IMG/VR virus record: IMGVR_UViG_2654587972_000002
Length of the DNA stretch: 20,000 bases
Source of the DNA: an uncultured virus (IMG/VR IMGVR_UViG_2654587972_000002)
Taxonomy: Duplodnaviria; Heunggongvirae; Uroviricota; Caudoviricetes
Reading direction: 5' to 3' (one strand)
Part shown: positions 1 to 8,369 of the stretch, piece by piece
How the letters are laid out: every line of letters begins with the position of its first letter
Position numbering within the stretch: the first letter of the stretch is position 1
Notes under the pieces: model-generated
Seen by the model: only the letters and a program-made list of their open reading frames with translations
Told to the model about the DNA's origin: nothing
Database searches by the model: none
Program-made: the position numbers and the translations under genes

Positions 1-2
1 CA

Positions 3-1154
3 AGTAGAATGTTTAGTTTTTATGGATTACAATCTTTACTTCAATTAAGTTGGGTAATGAATGGAGATGCCTTTGCAATTCCATTAAGAAAAAAAAGAAA
101 AGGTGTTGACATAGAATTATGTGTGCAATTACTTGAGGCTGATAGAGTTATGAATCCTCCTGGTGCAAATCTTCAAACAAGAGCTGGAGTAGAATTTGAT
201 GAAAATGGAGAACTAAAAAATTATTATATAGCTACTTCTCATCCAGCAGATACTTTAAATTATTCTATAAAGGCTTATCCAGCATTTAATAGCTTAGGAA
301 GAAAAAATATTTTACATATTTTTGAGCCTGAAAGAATTGGACAAAGAAGAGGAGTTCCTATATTAGGACCAATTATATTTTCATTAAAACAATTAGGTAG
401 ATATAAAAGTTCAGAGCTTACAGCAGCTGTAATTAATGCAATGATAGGTCTTATAGTGGAAAGTGAAAGTGCAGATGATGAAGGATTTGCTGGAAATTTT
501 GGAACACCTATGGATGAAGAAGATGAAAGAACAATTGAAAGCAGAAAAAGAAAAGAAGAAAAGATAACTTTAGATCATGGAACTTTAGTTGTAGGGAAAC
601 CAGGAGAAAAAATAAAGGAATTTGCAACTAATAGACCAAACAAGCACTTTAAAGATTTTGTTGAAGCAATATGTGAAGAGATAGGTGCAAATTTAGAAAT
701 AAGTAAAGAAGTTCTAATGTCAAGTTTTAAAAATTCTTATAGTGCTGCAAAAGCATCACTAGAAGAAGCACATCAAAGATTCCAAGTTTCAAGAAAAATT
801 TTAGAGAGAACTTTTTGTCAACCAATTTATGAAGAGTTCGTTTTAGAACTTATAAGAAACGGAGAAATAGATTGTCCTGGATTTTTTGAAGATGAGTCTA
901 TTCGTTATGCTTTTACTCGTTGTATTTGGGTTGGTGCAGGGAAATCATCATTAGACCCTTTAAAAGATGCAAATGCTAACTCAAAAGAATTAGAAAATTA
1001 TACAACAAGTAGAAGTATTATATCTGCTACAAGTGGATATGATTATGAAGAAATCTTTAGAGAAAGAGCTGAAGAAGAAAAGGAATTAGCTCTTCTTGAA
1101 AGAGAATTAAAAATCATTCGTAAGGGGGTGAAAGAAAATGGAAAGAACTCATAA
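3..1154 (+). CDS. Phage portal protein, lambda family (5'-truncated by window edge)
   Basis: Frame is open from the window start. Motifs GVEFDENG..YYI, ILHIFEPERIGQRRGVP, NSYSAAKASL and LDPLKDANA are typical of lambda gpB-like portals; the gene precedes a protease and capsid. Confidence 0.93.
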   Translation, partial: SRMFSFYGLQSLLQLSWVMNGDAFAIPLRKKRKGVDIELCVQLLEADRVMNPPGANLQTRAGVEFDENGELKNYYIATSHPADTLNYSIKAYPAFNSLGRKNILHIFEPERIGQRRGVPILGPIIFSLKQLGRYKSSELTAAVINAMIGLIVESESADDEGFAGNFGTPMDEEDERTIESRKRKEEKITLDHGTLVVGKPGEKIKEFATNRPNKHFKDFVEAICEEIGANLEISKEVLMSSFKNSYSAAKASLEEAHQRFQVSRKILERTFCQPIYEEFVLELIRNGEIDCPGFFEDESIRYAFTRCIWVGAGKSSLDPLKDANANSKELENYTTSRSIISATSGYDYEEIFRERAEEEKELALLERELKIIRKGVKENGKNS

Positions 1155-2250
1155 AAATAATTTCTTTGAAATAAAAAATCTGAATGAAAATACTGCTGAA
1201 ATTAGAATATATGGAACTATTACAAAATGGGCTTGGGAAGAATATGGAGAAGTTAGTTCAGCTAATTTTGCCAAAGAGTTACAAAAATTAAAAAATGTTT
1301 CTCATATAAATTTAAGAGTTAATTCTCCTGGTGGAGATGTCTTTGAAGCTAGTGCAATTTATAATCTTTTAAAAGATTATGCAAAAGTAAATAATATTGA
1401 AATTACAGGATATATAGATGGTTTAGCTGCAAGTGCAGCAAGTTTTTTAGTTTTATGTGCTACTAAGGTAATTATGGGAACTGGAGCATTGTATATGATA
1501 CATAATCCTTTGACCTCTGCCTATGGAAATGCTGAAAAATTAAAAAAACAAATAGAACTATTAGATACAGTAAAGGAAGCTATTCTAGATATCTATTGTA
1601 GTAAATCAAAATTAAGTAGAGAAGAAATATCTGAAAAGATGAATGGTGAAAAGTGGTATCGTGCTAGCGAAGCACTTGAAGCTGGTTTCGTTGATGAAAT
1701 TACTGAAAATGATAATTCATTAGAAAATATTAAGAATATCTCAAATGAATTACACATTGAAAACTTTATAAATCAAGATTTATTAAAAGAAAAATTAAGA
1801 GAAATTGAAAATATAAAAAAAATAGGAGGAAAAAATATGGAAAAAACTATACAAGAATTAATTAATGAACATCCAAAATTAATGAATGATTATAAAAATC
1901 AAATCATTAATGAAATTGGAAATAGTGAAAAGGAGAAGATAGAAGCTGCAATAAAATCTGAAAGAGAGAGAATAAAGGAACTTGATAAAATCCCAACTTT
2001 AAATGATAAGCAAAAAGAAATTATCAATAAGGCAAAATTTGAAGATCCAAGAGAACCAAAAGATATTATGGCAGAATTTTTTATCTCAAATGCAAATAAA
2101 GCAGATCAAGAAATCCAGGCAGCTAAAGATGACATATTAAAAGCAGGATTAGATAGAATAATTCCTTCTAATTCAGATATGGGTGATAATTCGGTAGAAG
2201 ATGAAATATATAAAGCAGCATTAAATGCATACAATGATGAAGAAAAATAG
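1138..2250 (+). CDS. Head maturation protease, ClpP/S14 family, with C-terminal scaffold domain
   Basis: VNSPGGDVFEA, IDGLAASAAS (catalytic Ser), MIHNP (His) and EALEAGFVDE motifs; charged helical C-terminal third. Confidence 0.95.
   Translation: MERTHKNNFFEIKNLNENTAEIRIYGTITKWAWEEYGEVSSANFAKELQKLKNVSHINLRVNSPGGDVFEASAIYNLLKDYAKVNNIEITGYIDGLAASAASFLVLCATKVIMGTGALYMIHNPLTSAYGNAEKLKKQIELLDTVKEAILDIYCSKSKLSREEISEKMNGEKWYRASEALEAGFVDEITENDNSLENIKNISNELHIENFINQDLLKEKLREIENIKKIGGKNMEKTIQELINEHPKLMNDYKNQIINEIGNSEKEKIEAAIKSERERIKELDKIPTLNDKQKEIINKAKFEDPREPKDIMAEFFISNANKADQEIQAAKDDILKAGLDRIIPSNSDMGDNSVEDEIYKAALNAYNDEEK
1837..2250 (+). CDS. Putative nested in-frame scaffold protein (lambda Nu3-like), 137 aa
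   Basis: Perfect AGGAGG (1824-1829) 7 nt before an in-frame ATG at 1837, at the boundary between protease and helical domains. Confidence 0.65.
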   Translation: MEKTIQELINEHPKLMNDYKNQIINEIGNSEKEKIEAAIKSERERIKELDKIPTLNDKQKEIINKAKFEDPREPKDIMAEFFISNANKADQEIQAAKDDILKAGLDRIIPSNSDMGDNSVEDEIYKAALNAYNDEEK

Positions 2251-2259
2251 GAGGTAAAA

Positions 2260-2574
2260 ATGAAAAATAAAATTTATTCAGCAACTGATGTAAGAATATT
2301 TCAAGGAAGTTTTCCTGTTGAAACTATAAATCAAACATTAAAGACAAAAGTAGAAGCTGGTGATGTTATTGCATTAGACAATTCAAAGAATTTTGGGAAA
2401 TATGATGGAACAACATACACGAGTGTTTATGGAGTTTCTTATGAAACTATAGAACAACCTGGTGATGTTACTGTAATTTTAACAGGTGGTCTTGTAAAAG
2501 ACTTTGTTAAATTTAATAACAAAGAAAAAGAATTAACAATTGAACTTAGAAAATTAGGAATATTTGTAAAATAG
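2260..2574 (+). CDS. Head decoration protein (lambda gpD-like)
   Basis: 104 aa between protease and capsid; ends LRKLGIFVK as in gpD-like proteins; AGGAGG RBS. Confidence 0.75.
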   Translation: MKNKIYSATDVRIFQGSFPVETINQTLKTKVEAGDVIALDNSKNFGKYDGTTYTSVYGVSYETIEQPGDVTVILTGGLVKDFVKFNNKEKELTIELRKLGIFVK

Positions 2575-2585
2575 GGGGAATGTAA

Positions 2586-3593
2586 ATGTTAGGATTATAT
2601 ACACCAAAAACAATAAGAAAAGTTAGAGAAAATGTAGAAGTAAAAAGAAATTTTTTAACAGAATTATTTTTTAAAAAAGGTTCAACAGTTCCAACTGAAG
2701 AAATAATTTTAGAATATACAAAAGCTGGGGAAGCAGTCGCACCATATTTGACACCTTTAGAAGCAGGTAGACCTGTATATTCAAGAAGTAAAAAGTCAAA
2801 TGTAATTATAGCTCCTTCAATAGGACCTGAATACTCATTAACACCAAAAGATATGTTTATAAGAGAAGCTGGTCAACCTATTGAAAATTACAACCCAGCA
2901 AAAATGGTTGGTGAAAAAATTGGAAGAGTTTTATTAGACCAAGAAAATTATATTACTAACAAAATTGAATTAATGGTTTCACAATTTTTAACAACTGGAA
3001 TTGTTAAATCAGGAGATAAAGAAGCAGAGTATGAAGTCAACTATGAACTTGGAAATAAAATCACATTAGATAGCACACATAAATGGGGTGCTGCTGGAGT
3101 AGAACCTTTATTCAGTTTAGAAGAAATGATTAAAAAGGGTGAAGAAAATGGTTTAAAAACTGAAAATATAATTTTAGGTTCAAAAGCAGCTCAACTACTA
3201 AGAAAATCAGAAGAATTTAAAAAAGCTATTTCAAAGGATTTACAAAATGAATTTGTAAAAAAAGTTTTAAGAATTCATCCTGGTGTCATTTGGTTAGGAA
3301 CATATACAACATATGGTGTAGAGCTATTTTCTTACAGTAGAAAAGTAATAGGTGCTGATGGAAAACCAATACAATTAATGCCAACAAATATGGTTGTAGG
3401 TGGAGCTTCACAAGGAGAAATTTTATATGCTCCTATTGTCTTTATGTCTGAAGGAATTATTCATATGGCAAAAAGATATTCAAATTTAGATACAACAAAT
3501 CCAAAAGTTGCAAAAATTACTACAGAGTCGAGACCAGTATTACAACCTTGTGATGTGGATACTTACTTTTCTTATGTGGTATGTGATGAATAA
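2586..3593 (+). CDS. Major capsid protein, lambda gpE family
   Basis: 335 aa; N-terminal FLTELFF...VAPYL and C-terminal ESRPVL motifs; synteny. Confidence 0.9.
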   Translation: MLGLYTPKTIRKVRENVEVKRNFLTELFFKKGSTVPTEEIILEYTKAGEAVAPYLTPLEAGRPVYSRSKKSNVIIAPSIGPEYSLTPKDMFIREAGQPIENYNPAKMVGEKIGRVLLDQENYITNKIELMVSQFLTTGIVKSGDKEAEYEVNYELGNKITLDSTHKWGAAGVEPLFSLEEMIKKGEENGLKTENIILGSKAAQLLRKSEEFKKAISKDLQNEFVKKVLRIHPGVIWLGTYTTYGVELFSYSRKVIGADGKPIQLMPTNMVVGGASQGEILYAPIVFMSEGIIHMAKRYSNLDTTNPKVAKITTESRPVLQPCDVDTYFSYVVCDE

Positions 3594-3595
3594 TA

Positions 3596-3619
3596 GATAG
3601 AGAGCTTATGCTCTCTATC
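3596..3619 (+). promoter_or_regulatory. Perfect 10-bp stem-loop after capsid gene (mRNA stabiliser or partial terminator)
   Basis: GATAGAGAGC-TTAT-GCTCTCTATC; followed by AAACAAAA rather than a U-tract. Confidence 0.7.
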
Positions 3620-3639
3620 AAACAAAATTAGGAGAATAT

Positions 3640-3876
3640 ATGAAAATAAAATTTGAAAGAATGTATGGAGAACATAAAATAGGGGATATTGCTGAATTTG
3701 AAAAAGGTGAAGAATTAAATTATATTCTAGCAACAAAAACAGCATTAGTTATGGAAGATGATGATTTCGGGAATACCGAAATAGAAAATAATAAAAATGA
3801 AGAAACAGAAGAAATGGAAGATAATTTAGAAGAAGCTAATGAAATAGGAAAAAATGGAAAAAATAAGAAGAAATAA
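3640..3876 (+). CDS. Small acidic protein in the lambda FI-like (packaging chaperone) position
   Basis: AGGAG RBS; 78 aa with acidic C-terminal region and basic tail; function inferred from position only. Confidence 0.55.
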   Translation: MKIKFERMYGEHKIGDIAEFEKGEELNYILATKTALVMEDDDFGNTEIENNKNEETEEMEDNLEEANEIGKNGKNKKK

Positions 3877-3887
3877 AGGATCTAAAA

Positions 3888-4202
3888 ATGAACTTTAAAG
3901 AGCAACTAAAAGAAGATATAAAAATTTTTCTAAATTTAGATGAATTTGGAGAAGAAATAACTATTCAAAATAAAAAATATATTGGAGTTATGGAAAGACC
4001 TGATAATGAAAGCAATAAAAAAGAATATGAAGGAATTTCTAAAGAAATAGACTATATACTTTACTTAGAATATGAGGAAGAGTTAGAAAAATATATATCT
4101 GGAAAACAAATAGATGTAAATAATGGAACATTTGAAGTTTATAGATCGTATAAAGAAGAAAGCTTATTTATTATAGAACTTCAAGAAAGGATAGGAATTT
4201 AA
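3888..4202 (+). CDS. Head-tail joining/closure protein (gpFII-like)
   Basis: MNFKEQLKEDIKIFLNLDEFGE N-terminus is typical of this prophage family; synteny. Confidence 0.65.
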   Translation: MNFKEQLKEDIKIFLNLDEFGEEITIQNKKYIGVMERPDNESNKKEYEGISKEIDYILYLEYEEELEKYISGKQIDVNNGTFEVYRSYKEESLFIIELQERIGI

Positions 4203-4768
4203 TGCAACATTTTTTGGAAGTAAAAAATTTGGAATTGGCTCAAAATATGTTGAAAACTATTCCTAATGGAATTGAAAGAGCTATCACTGGAACTATTAAT
4301 AGAACTCTTAGTAAAGTAAAAACTGAAATAAAAAATAAAGCAACTTCTGAATACAACATAAAAAAGAGTGATATTGAAAGTAAATTAAATTTAACAAAAG
4401 CTACTTTTTCTATATTGAGAGGAACAATAAGTGCTAAAACACCAAGATTAGCACTATCTAAATTTTTAACTTCTCAATCTAAAAATAAAATAAAAGTAAA
4501 AGTAAAAAAGAGTGAGAGTTCTAAAATAGTAAAAGGAAAGAATGAATATGCTGGGAAGCCTTTTATTGCCACTATGAAAAACGGACATAAAGGGATATTT
4601 CAAAGAAAAAATAGTGAAAAATTTCCAATTAAACAATTATATACAATAGGAATTTCTGAAATGTTAGGATCTGAAAATGTTTCAAGTTATGCAGTTGAGA
4701 AAGGTGAAAAATATTTGGATGAACTTTTATTAAAGGAAGTTGAAAGAATATTGAAAGGATATATTTAA
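4202..4768 (+). CDS. Minor tail protein Z-like (tail completion)
   Basis: Basic 188 aa; AI..TINRT, FIATMKNGHKGIFQR and FPIKQLY motifs; TAATG coupling at both ends. Confidence 0.8.
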   Translation: MQHFLEVKNLELAQNMLKTIPNGIERAITGTINRTLSKVKTEIKNKATSEYNIKKSDIESKLNLTKATFSILRGTISAKTPRLALSKFLTSQSKNKIKVKVKKSESSKIVKGKNEYAGKPFIATMKNGHKGIFQRKNSEKFPIKQLYTIGISEMLGSENVSSYAVEKGEKYLDELLLKEVERILKGYI

Positions 4769-5238
4769 TGATAAATATTAAGAATTTAGAAGAGAGTATA
4801 AAAAAGTTAATACTTCCAATTGTAAGCGAAAAGAAATACAAAGCATATAAAAGTGAGGAGTTAAAAGAATTAAAAATATATACTGGTTTACTTCCACCCG
4901 ATCCAGAAGAAACCATACTTCCAGCAATAACGATAAGAACAAAAAAAATTAAGAATTCGTTAGAGAAAAAGGTATTAACTATAATAATATCTACAGGTAT
5001 TTTTGACAAAGATGTTGAAAAAGGATATGAAGAAATCTCCGAATTAACTCAAAAGATATTTGATGAAATTCAAAAAATTGGAATAATTGATGATAAATTT
5101 GAAATTCTTCCTGAAGCTGAATGGGAATTTCCAGAGGAACAACCAATTCCATTTTATGTAAGTTTTATTTATATAAATATTGTATATGAAAAAGATTATA
5201 GAACAGATTGTGATAATTGGATTAATGGAGGTGATTGA
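4768..5238 (+). CDS. Putative tail terminator protein
   Basis: Lies between gpZ-like gene and sheath; IYTGLLP..PAITIR and EEQPIPFY motifs. Confidence 0.6.
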   Translation: MINIKNLEESIKKLILPIVSEKKYKAYKSEELKELKIYTGLLPPDPEETILPAITIRTKKIKNSLEKKVLTIIISTGIFDKDVEKGYEEISELTQKIFDEIQKIGIIDDKFEILPEAEWEFPEEQPIPFYVSFIYINIVYEKDYRTDCDNWINGGD

Positions 5239-5239
5239 A

Positions 5240-5590
5240 TTGGCTAAGCCTGTTCAAAAAAATGAAGAAGATATAAAAAATGAAATAACTGAGGAAGTAA
5301 ATAATGAAATAATAGAAGAAGGAAATAATGAAATAAAGGAAGAAAAGAAAGTAGAAGAAAATTTACAAAAAATATATATTGGTCCAACAATAGCTGCTTT
5401 CTCTTTACAAGAAAATTCAATTTTTGTAAATGAATATCCATTTAATGTGCAAGAAGCAATTAAAAAATATCCACTTACAGAAAAATTATTTATAAATGTA
5501 GAAGATTTAAAATCAAGAAATAATGAGTATTATAGAACACTTTATAATACTTTAAATAATGAATTAAGGGGGAATATAAATGGCATTTAA
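5240..5590 (+). CDS. Hypothetical pre-sheath protein (TTG start)
   Basis: GGAGGTG (5227-5233) precedes in-frame TTG at 5240; contains IYIGPT motif; overlaps the sheath start. Confidence 0.7.
   Translation: MAKPVQKNEEDIKNEITEEVNNEIIEEGNNEIKEEKKVEENLQKIYIGPTIAAFSLQENSIFVNEYPFNVQEAIKKYPLTEKLFINVEDLKSRNNEYYRTLYNTLNNELRGNINGI
5279..5350 (+). repeat. 3 x 24-nt imperfect in-frame tandem repeat (NEIxEExN)
   Basis: AATGAAATAACTGAGGAAGTAAAT / AATGAAATAATAGAAGAAGGAAAT / AATGAAATAAAGGAAGAAAAGAAA. Confidence 0.8.
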
Positions 5591-6980
5591 TCATGGTATT
5601 ACAGCAACTGAAACTCCTACAAAACTAATTGCAGCAGTTAGTGATAGTATAACTCCAGTATATGTAGGAACTGCTCCAATAAACTTATGTAAAACAAGAA
5701 ACATAAATGAACCTATTTTATGTAGTTCTTATGCAGAAGCAGTAGAAAATTTTGGATTTTCAGAAGATTTTGAAAAATATACATTATGTGAAGCAATTGA
5801 TGTTCATTTCTCAAAATTTAACATAGGTCCAATTATTTTAATAAATGTTGTAGATACAACAAAGCATACAAAAGAAGTAGCAAATAAAACAATCAATTTT
5901 GTAGATGGAAAATACTTGATAGAAGATATTGGAGTTTTACCTGAAACTGTTGTTATAACTACATCATTTGAACATACAAAAAATTTTAATGACAAAGGGC
6001 AACTAGTTTTAATTCCAAATGAAACAAAGACAGACCCTATTGAAGTAAAATACACCATGCTTGATTTAGAAAAAGTAAAAGAAACAGATATTATTGGTGG
6101 AATAGATGGAGCAACTGGAAAGAAAAAGGGGTTAGAAGCAATTGCTGAAGTTTTTCCTAAATATAGAAAGGTTCCTAGCTTAATTTTAGCTCCAAAATAT
6201 TCTGCTAGTTCAACTGTTGCAGCTGTAATTGAAGCAAAAGCAAGAAAGATAAATGGTCATTTTCAAGGTCTTGGACTTGTAGATTTAGACACATCAAAAA
6301 TTAAGAAATATGGAGATACTGTTGCAAATAAAAATACAAATAATATCTCATCTACTTTTTTAGATGTAAGTTGGCCAAAAATTTCTTTAGGAAAACAACA
6401 ATATCATATTTCTACTCAAAAAGCAGCACTAATTCAAATGCTAGCTAAAGATAATGAAGATATTCCATATAAATCACCTTCAAACAAAAATATAAAAGGG
6501 GATGGAGCAATTCTTCTTGATGGGACTCCTATAAGATTAGGACTTGATGAAGCTAACTACTTAAATAGTCAAGGAATTTCTACTATTATAAATTGGATTG
6601 GTGGTTGGAGATTTTGGGGAAATAGAACATCTTGTTATCCAGCAATATCAGATCCTAAAGATTCATTTATAGTAAGTAGAATGATGTTTAACTGGGTTAT
6701 TAATTCTCTTGTATTAACATATTGGCAAAAAATTGATGAACCAACAAACAAAGTATTAATAGAAACAGTTACAGATAGCATCAATATTTGGTTAAATGGT
6801 CTTGTATCAGCTGGGAAATTAATAGGTGCTAGAGTTGAATTTAGAAGAGAAGACAACCCACAAACTAGTTTAATTGATGGAAAAATCAAATTTAAGTTAT
6901 ATTATACACCAGCTCTTCCAGCTGAAGAAATTAAATTTGATTTAGAAATTGATGTTAAATATTATGAAAAATTATTTTAG
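5580..6980 (+). CDS. Contractile tail sheath protein (P2 FI-like)
   Basis: MAFNHGI, YVGTAP, SPSNK, ANYLNSQGI, GWRFWGNRT and TPALPAEEIKF motifs. Confidence 0.95.
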   Translation: MAFNHGITATETPTKLIAAVSDSITPVYVGTAPINLCKTRNINEPILCSSYAEAVENFGFSEDFEKYTLCEAIDVHFSKFNIGPIILINVVDTTKHTKEVANKTINFVDGKYLIEDIGVLPETVVITTSFEHTKNFNDKGQLVLIPNETKTDPIEVKYTMLDLEKVKETDIIGGIDGATGKKKGLEAIAEVFPKYRKVPSLILAPKYSASSTVAAVIEAKARKINGHFQGLGLVDLDTSKIKKYGDTVANKNTNNISSTFLDVSWPKISLGKQQYHISTQKAALIQMLAKDNEDIPYKSPSNKNIKGDGAILLDGTPIRLGLDEANYLNSQGISTIINWIGGWRFWGNRTSCYPAISDPKDSFIVSRMMFNWVINSLVLTYWQKIDEPTNKVLIETVTDSINIWLNGLVSAGKLIGARVEFRREDNPQTSLIDGKIKFKLYYTPALPAEEIKFDLEIDVKYYEKLF

Positions 6981-6989
6981 GAGGTAAAA

Positions 6990-7523
6990 ATGGCTAAAAC
7001 AATAGGAATAATCCCTGAAAAGATAATAAATTATAAATGTTTTATAGATGGGGAAATGTCGCCAACAGCTTTAGTTGATGTTGACTTACCAGATATACAA
7101 TTTATGTCTGAAACAATTAGTGGAGCTGGGATAGCAGGAGAAATAGATTCACCAACATTAGGACATTTTTCAGCATTTGAAATTGGGATGAACTTTAGAA
7201 CATTAATAAAAGAGAATTTTAAAACATTTTCTCAAAAAGTGTATGCTTTAGAGTTTAGAGCAGCAACTCAATCTACTGACATGAGTGGTGGTCAAATAAA
7301 TAAAGGTAAATTAAAAATTTCTACAAGAGTAGTTCCAAAAAGTTTAGGATTAGGAAAATTAGAAGTTGGGAAACCTTCTGGTTCTAACCAAAAATTTGCA
7401 TGTAACTACTTGAAAGTTGAAGTAGACAATGAAACAGTATTAGAAATAGACAAAATTAATATGATTTTCAATGTGAATGGTGAAGATTTATTGGCAGAAG
7501 TTAGAGATGCAATAGGAATGTAG
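6990..7523 (+). CDS. Major tail tube protein (P2 FII family)
   Basis: VDLPDI..ISGAGIAGEIDSP and LEIDKINMIFNVNGEDLLAEVRDAIG motifs; follows the sheath. Confidence 0.93.
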   Translation: MAKTIGIIPEKIINYKCFIDGEMSPTALVDVDLPDIQFMSETISGAGIAGEIDSPTLGHFSAFEIGMNFRTLIKENFKTFSQKVYALEFRAATQSTDMSGGQINKGKLKISTRVVPKSLGLGKLEVGKPSGSNQKFACNYLKVEVDNETVLEIDKINMIFNVNGEDLLAEVRDAIGM

Positions 7524-7531
7524 GGGGGAAA

Positions 7532-7870
7532 ATGACAAAAATAAAGAATAAAATAAGATGTAAAAAGGATGATCAAGATATTGAAATATCTGAAATAAAT
7601 ATAACAAGAGATATGCTTTGTCCAAAACATCTTTTAGAAGCAGAAAAAGAGTTTTTATTGATGGGTGGAATTTTTCCACAAGGTGGAATGGAAGAATCAA
7701 AACATTATCTAACAATATTAGCAAGCAAAATATTAAATTGTTCTTATGATGATTTAGTTGAAAAACTCTCTGGAAATGAATTTTTAGAGGTTACAAATCA
7801 AGTTAAGGGTTTGTTCGATGGCTTGGGATTAGAAGCACTAGTTTCAAAGATCTTAGAAAAACAATCTTAA
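7532..7870 (+). CDS. Tail assembly chaperone (P2 E / Mu gp41-like)
   Basis: 112 aa between tube and tape measure; LSGNEF...VKGLF C-terminal signature. Confidence 0.8.
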   Translation: MTKIKNKIRCKKDDQDIEISEINITRDMLCPKHLLEAEKEFLLMGGIFPQGGMEESKHYLTILASKILNCSYDDLVEKLSGNEFLEVTNQVKGLFDGLGLEALVSKILEKQS

Positions 7871-7986
7871 TCCTAAGCAAAGAAAGTAAATCTGGGATAG
7901 AATTTTTCTTAAATATCTCATTTCAAGAATTTTTTGAATGGACAACAGATATGGGAGAAATTCTTGAAAGACAAACACATATATAA
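7807..7986 (+). CDS. -1 frameshift extension of tail chaperone (E'/T-like); fusion 7532..7986, about 151 aa
   Basis: The -1 frame is open 7807-7986 (…DLRKTILILSKESKSGIEFFLNISFQEFFEWTTDMGEILERQTHI*) and begins exactly at the heptamer G GGT TTG (7807-7813); no early start codon with RBS. Confidence 0.8.
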   Translation, partial: GFVRWLGIRSTSFKDLRKTILILSKESKSGIEFFLNISFQEFFEWTTDMGEILERQTHI

Positions 7987-7995
7987 AATAAGTGG

Positions 7996-8024
7996 TTGCT
8001 TTTTGATGAGATTTGTTATAAAAT
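7996..8024 (+). promoter_or_regulatory. Putative sigma70 promoter of moron
   Basis: TTGCTT (7996-8001), 17-bp spacer, TAAAAT (8019-8024); overlapping extended -10 TGtTATAAA (8014-8022). Confidence 0.6.
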
Positions 8025-8044
8025 CTTGTTAAGAGGTGATGAGT

Positions 8045-8299
8045 ATGTTAAAAGCTATAAAAGATTGGTATAATGGACAACAAGCTATATCAAATAAATA
8101 TAAAAAAGAAGCTATAAAAAATTTTACAGAAGCAGGAATAACTATAGAAAACATCAAAAAAATATTTTTTAAACTTATTCCTATAATTGTAGCTTTTGCA
8201 ATAGTTTTTTCTATATGTAATTATATTGCTCCATTTTTTCTAATTATTCTTATACTCTTTATTATAGCTATAATCAGCATACTTCAATTGATTTTTTAA
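8045..8299 (+). CDS. Small membrane protein (moron), two C-terminal TM segments
   Basis: AGAGGTG RBS (8032-8038) best fits ATG 8045 (alternatives 8036, 8039); about 40 hydrophobic C-terminal residues. Confidence 0.8.
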   Translation: MLKAIKDWYNGQQAISNKYKKEAIKNFTEAGITIENIKKIFFKLIPIIVAFAIVFSICNYIAPFFLIILILFIIAIISILQLIF

Positions 8300-8317
8300 A
8301 AAATAAAAGATAAAGTT

Positions 8318-8356
8318 AAAACCACTTATCAAAAAAAGATAAGTGGTTTTTTATTT
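8318..8356 (+). terminator. Rho-independent terminator of moron, directly upstream of tape measure
   Basis: AAAACCACTTATC-A7-GATAAGTGGTTTT followed by TTATTT. Confidence 0.85.
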
Positions 8357-8369
8357 GCTTGGAGGGTTT

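Noticed and set aside
8343..8369. GTG start of tape measure at 8343 (and similar N-terminal extensions at 5180, 10972, 12298, 13512, 14614, 17107, 18165)
   Set aside because: 8343 lies inside the terminator stem. In each case a downstream start fits an RBS and/or the family N-terminus better; 17107 overlaps the frameshifted tail of the upstream gene.
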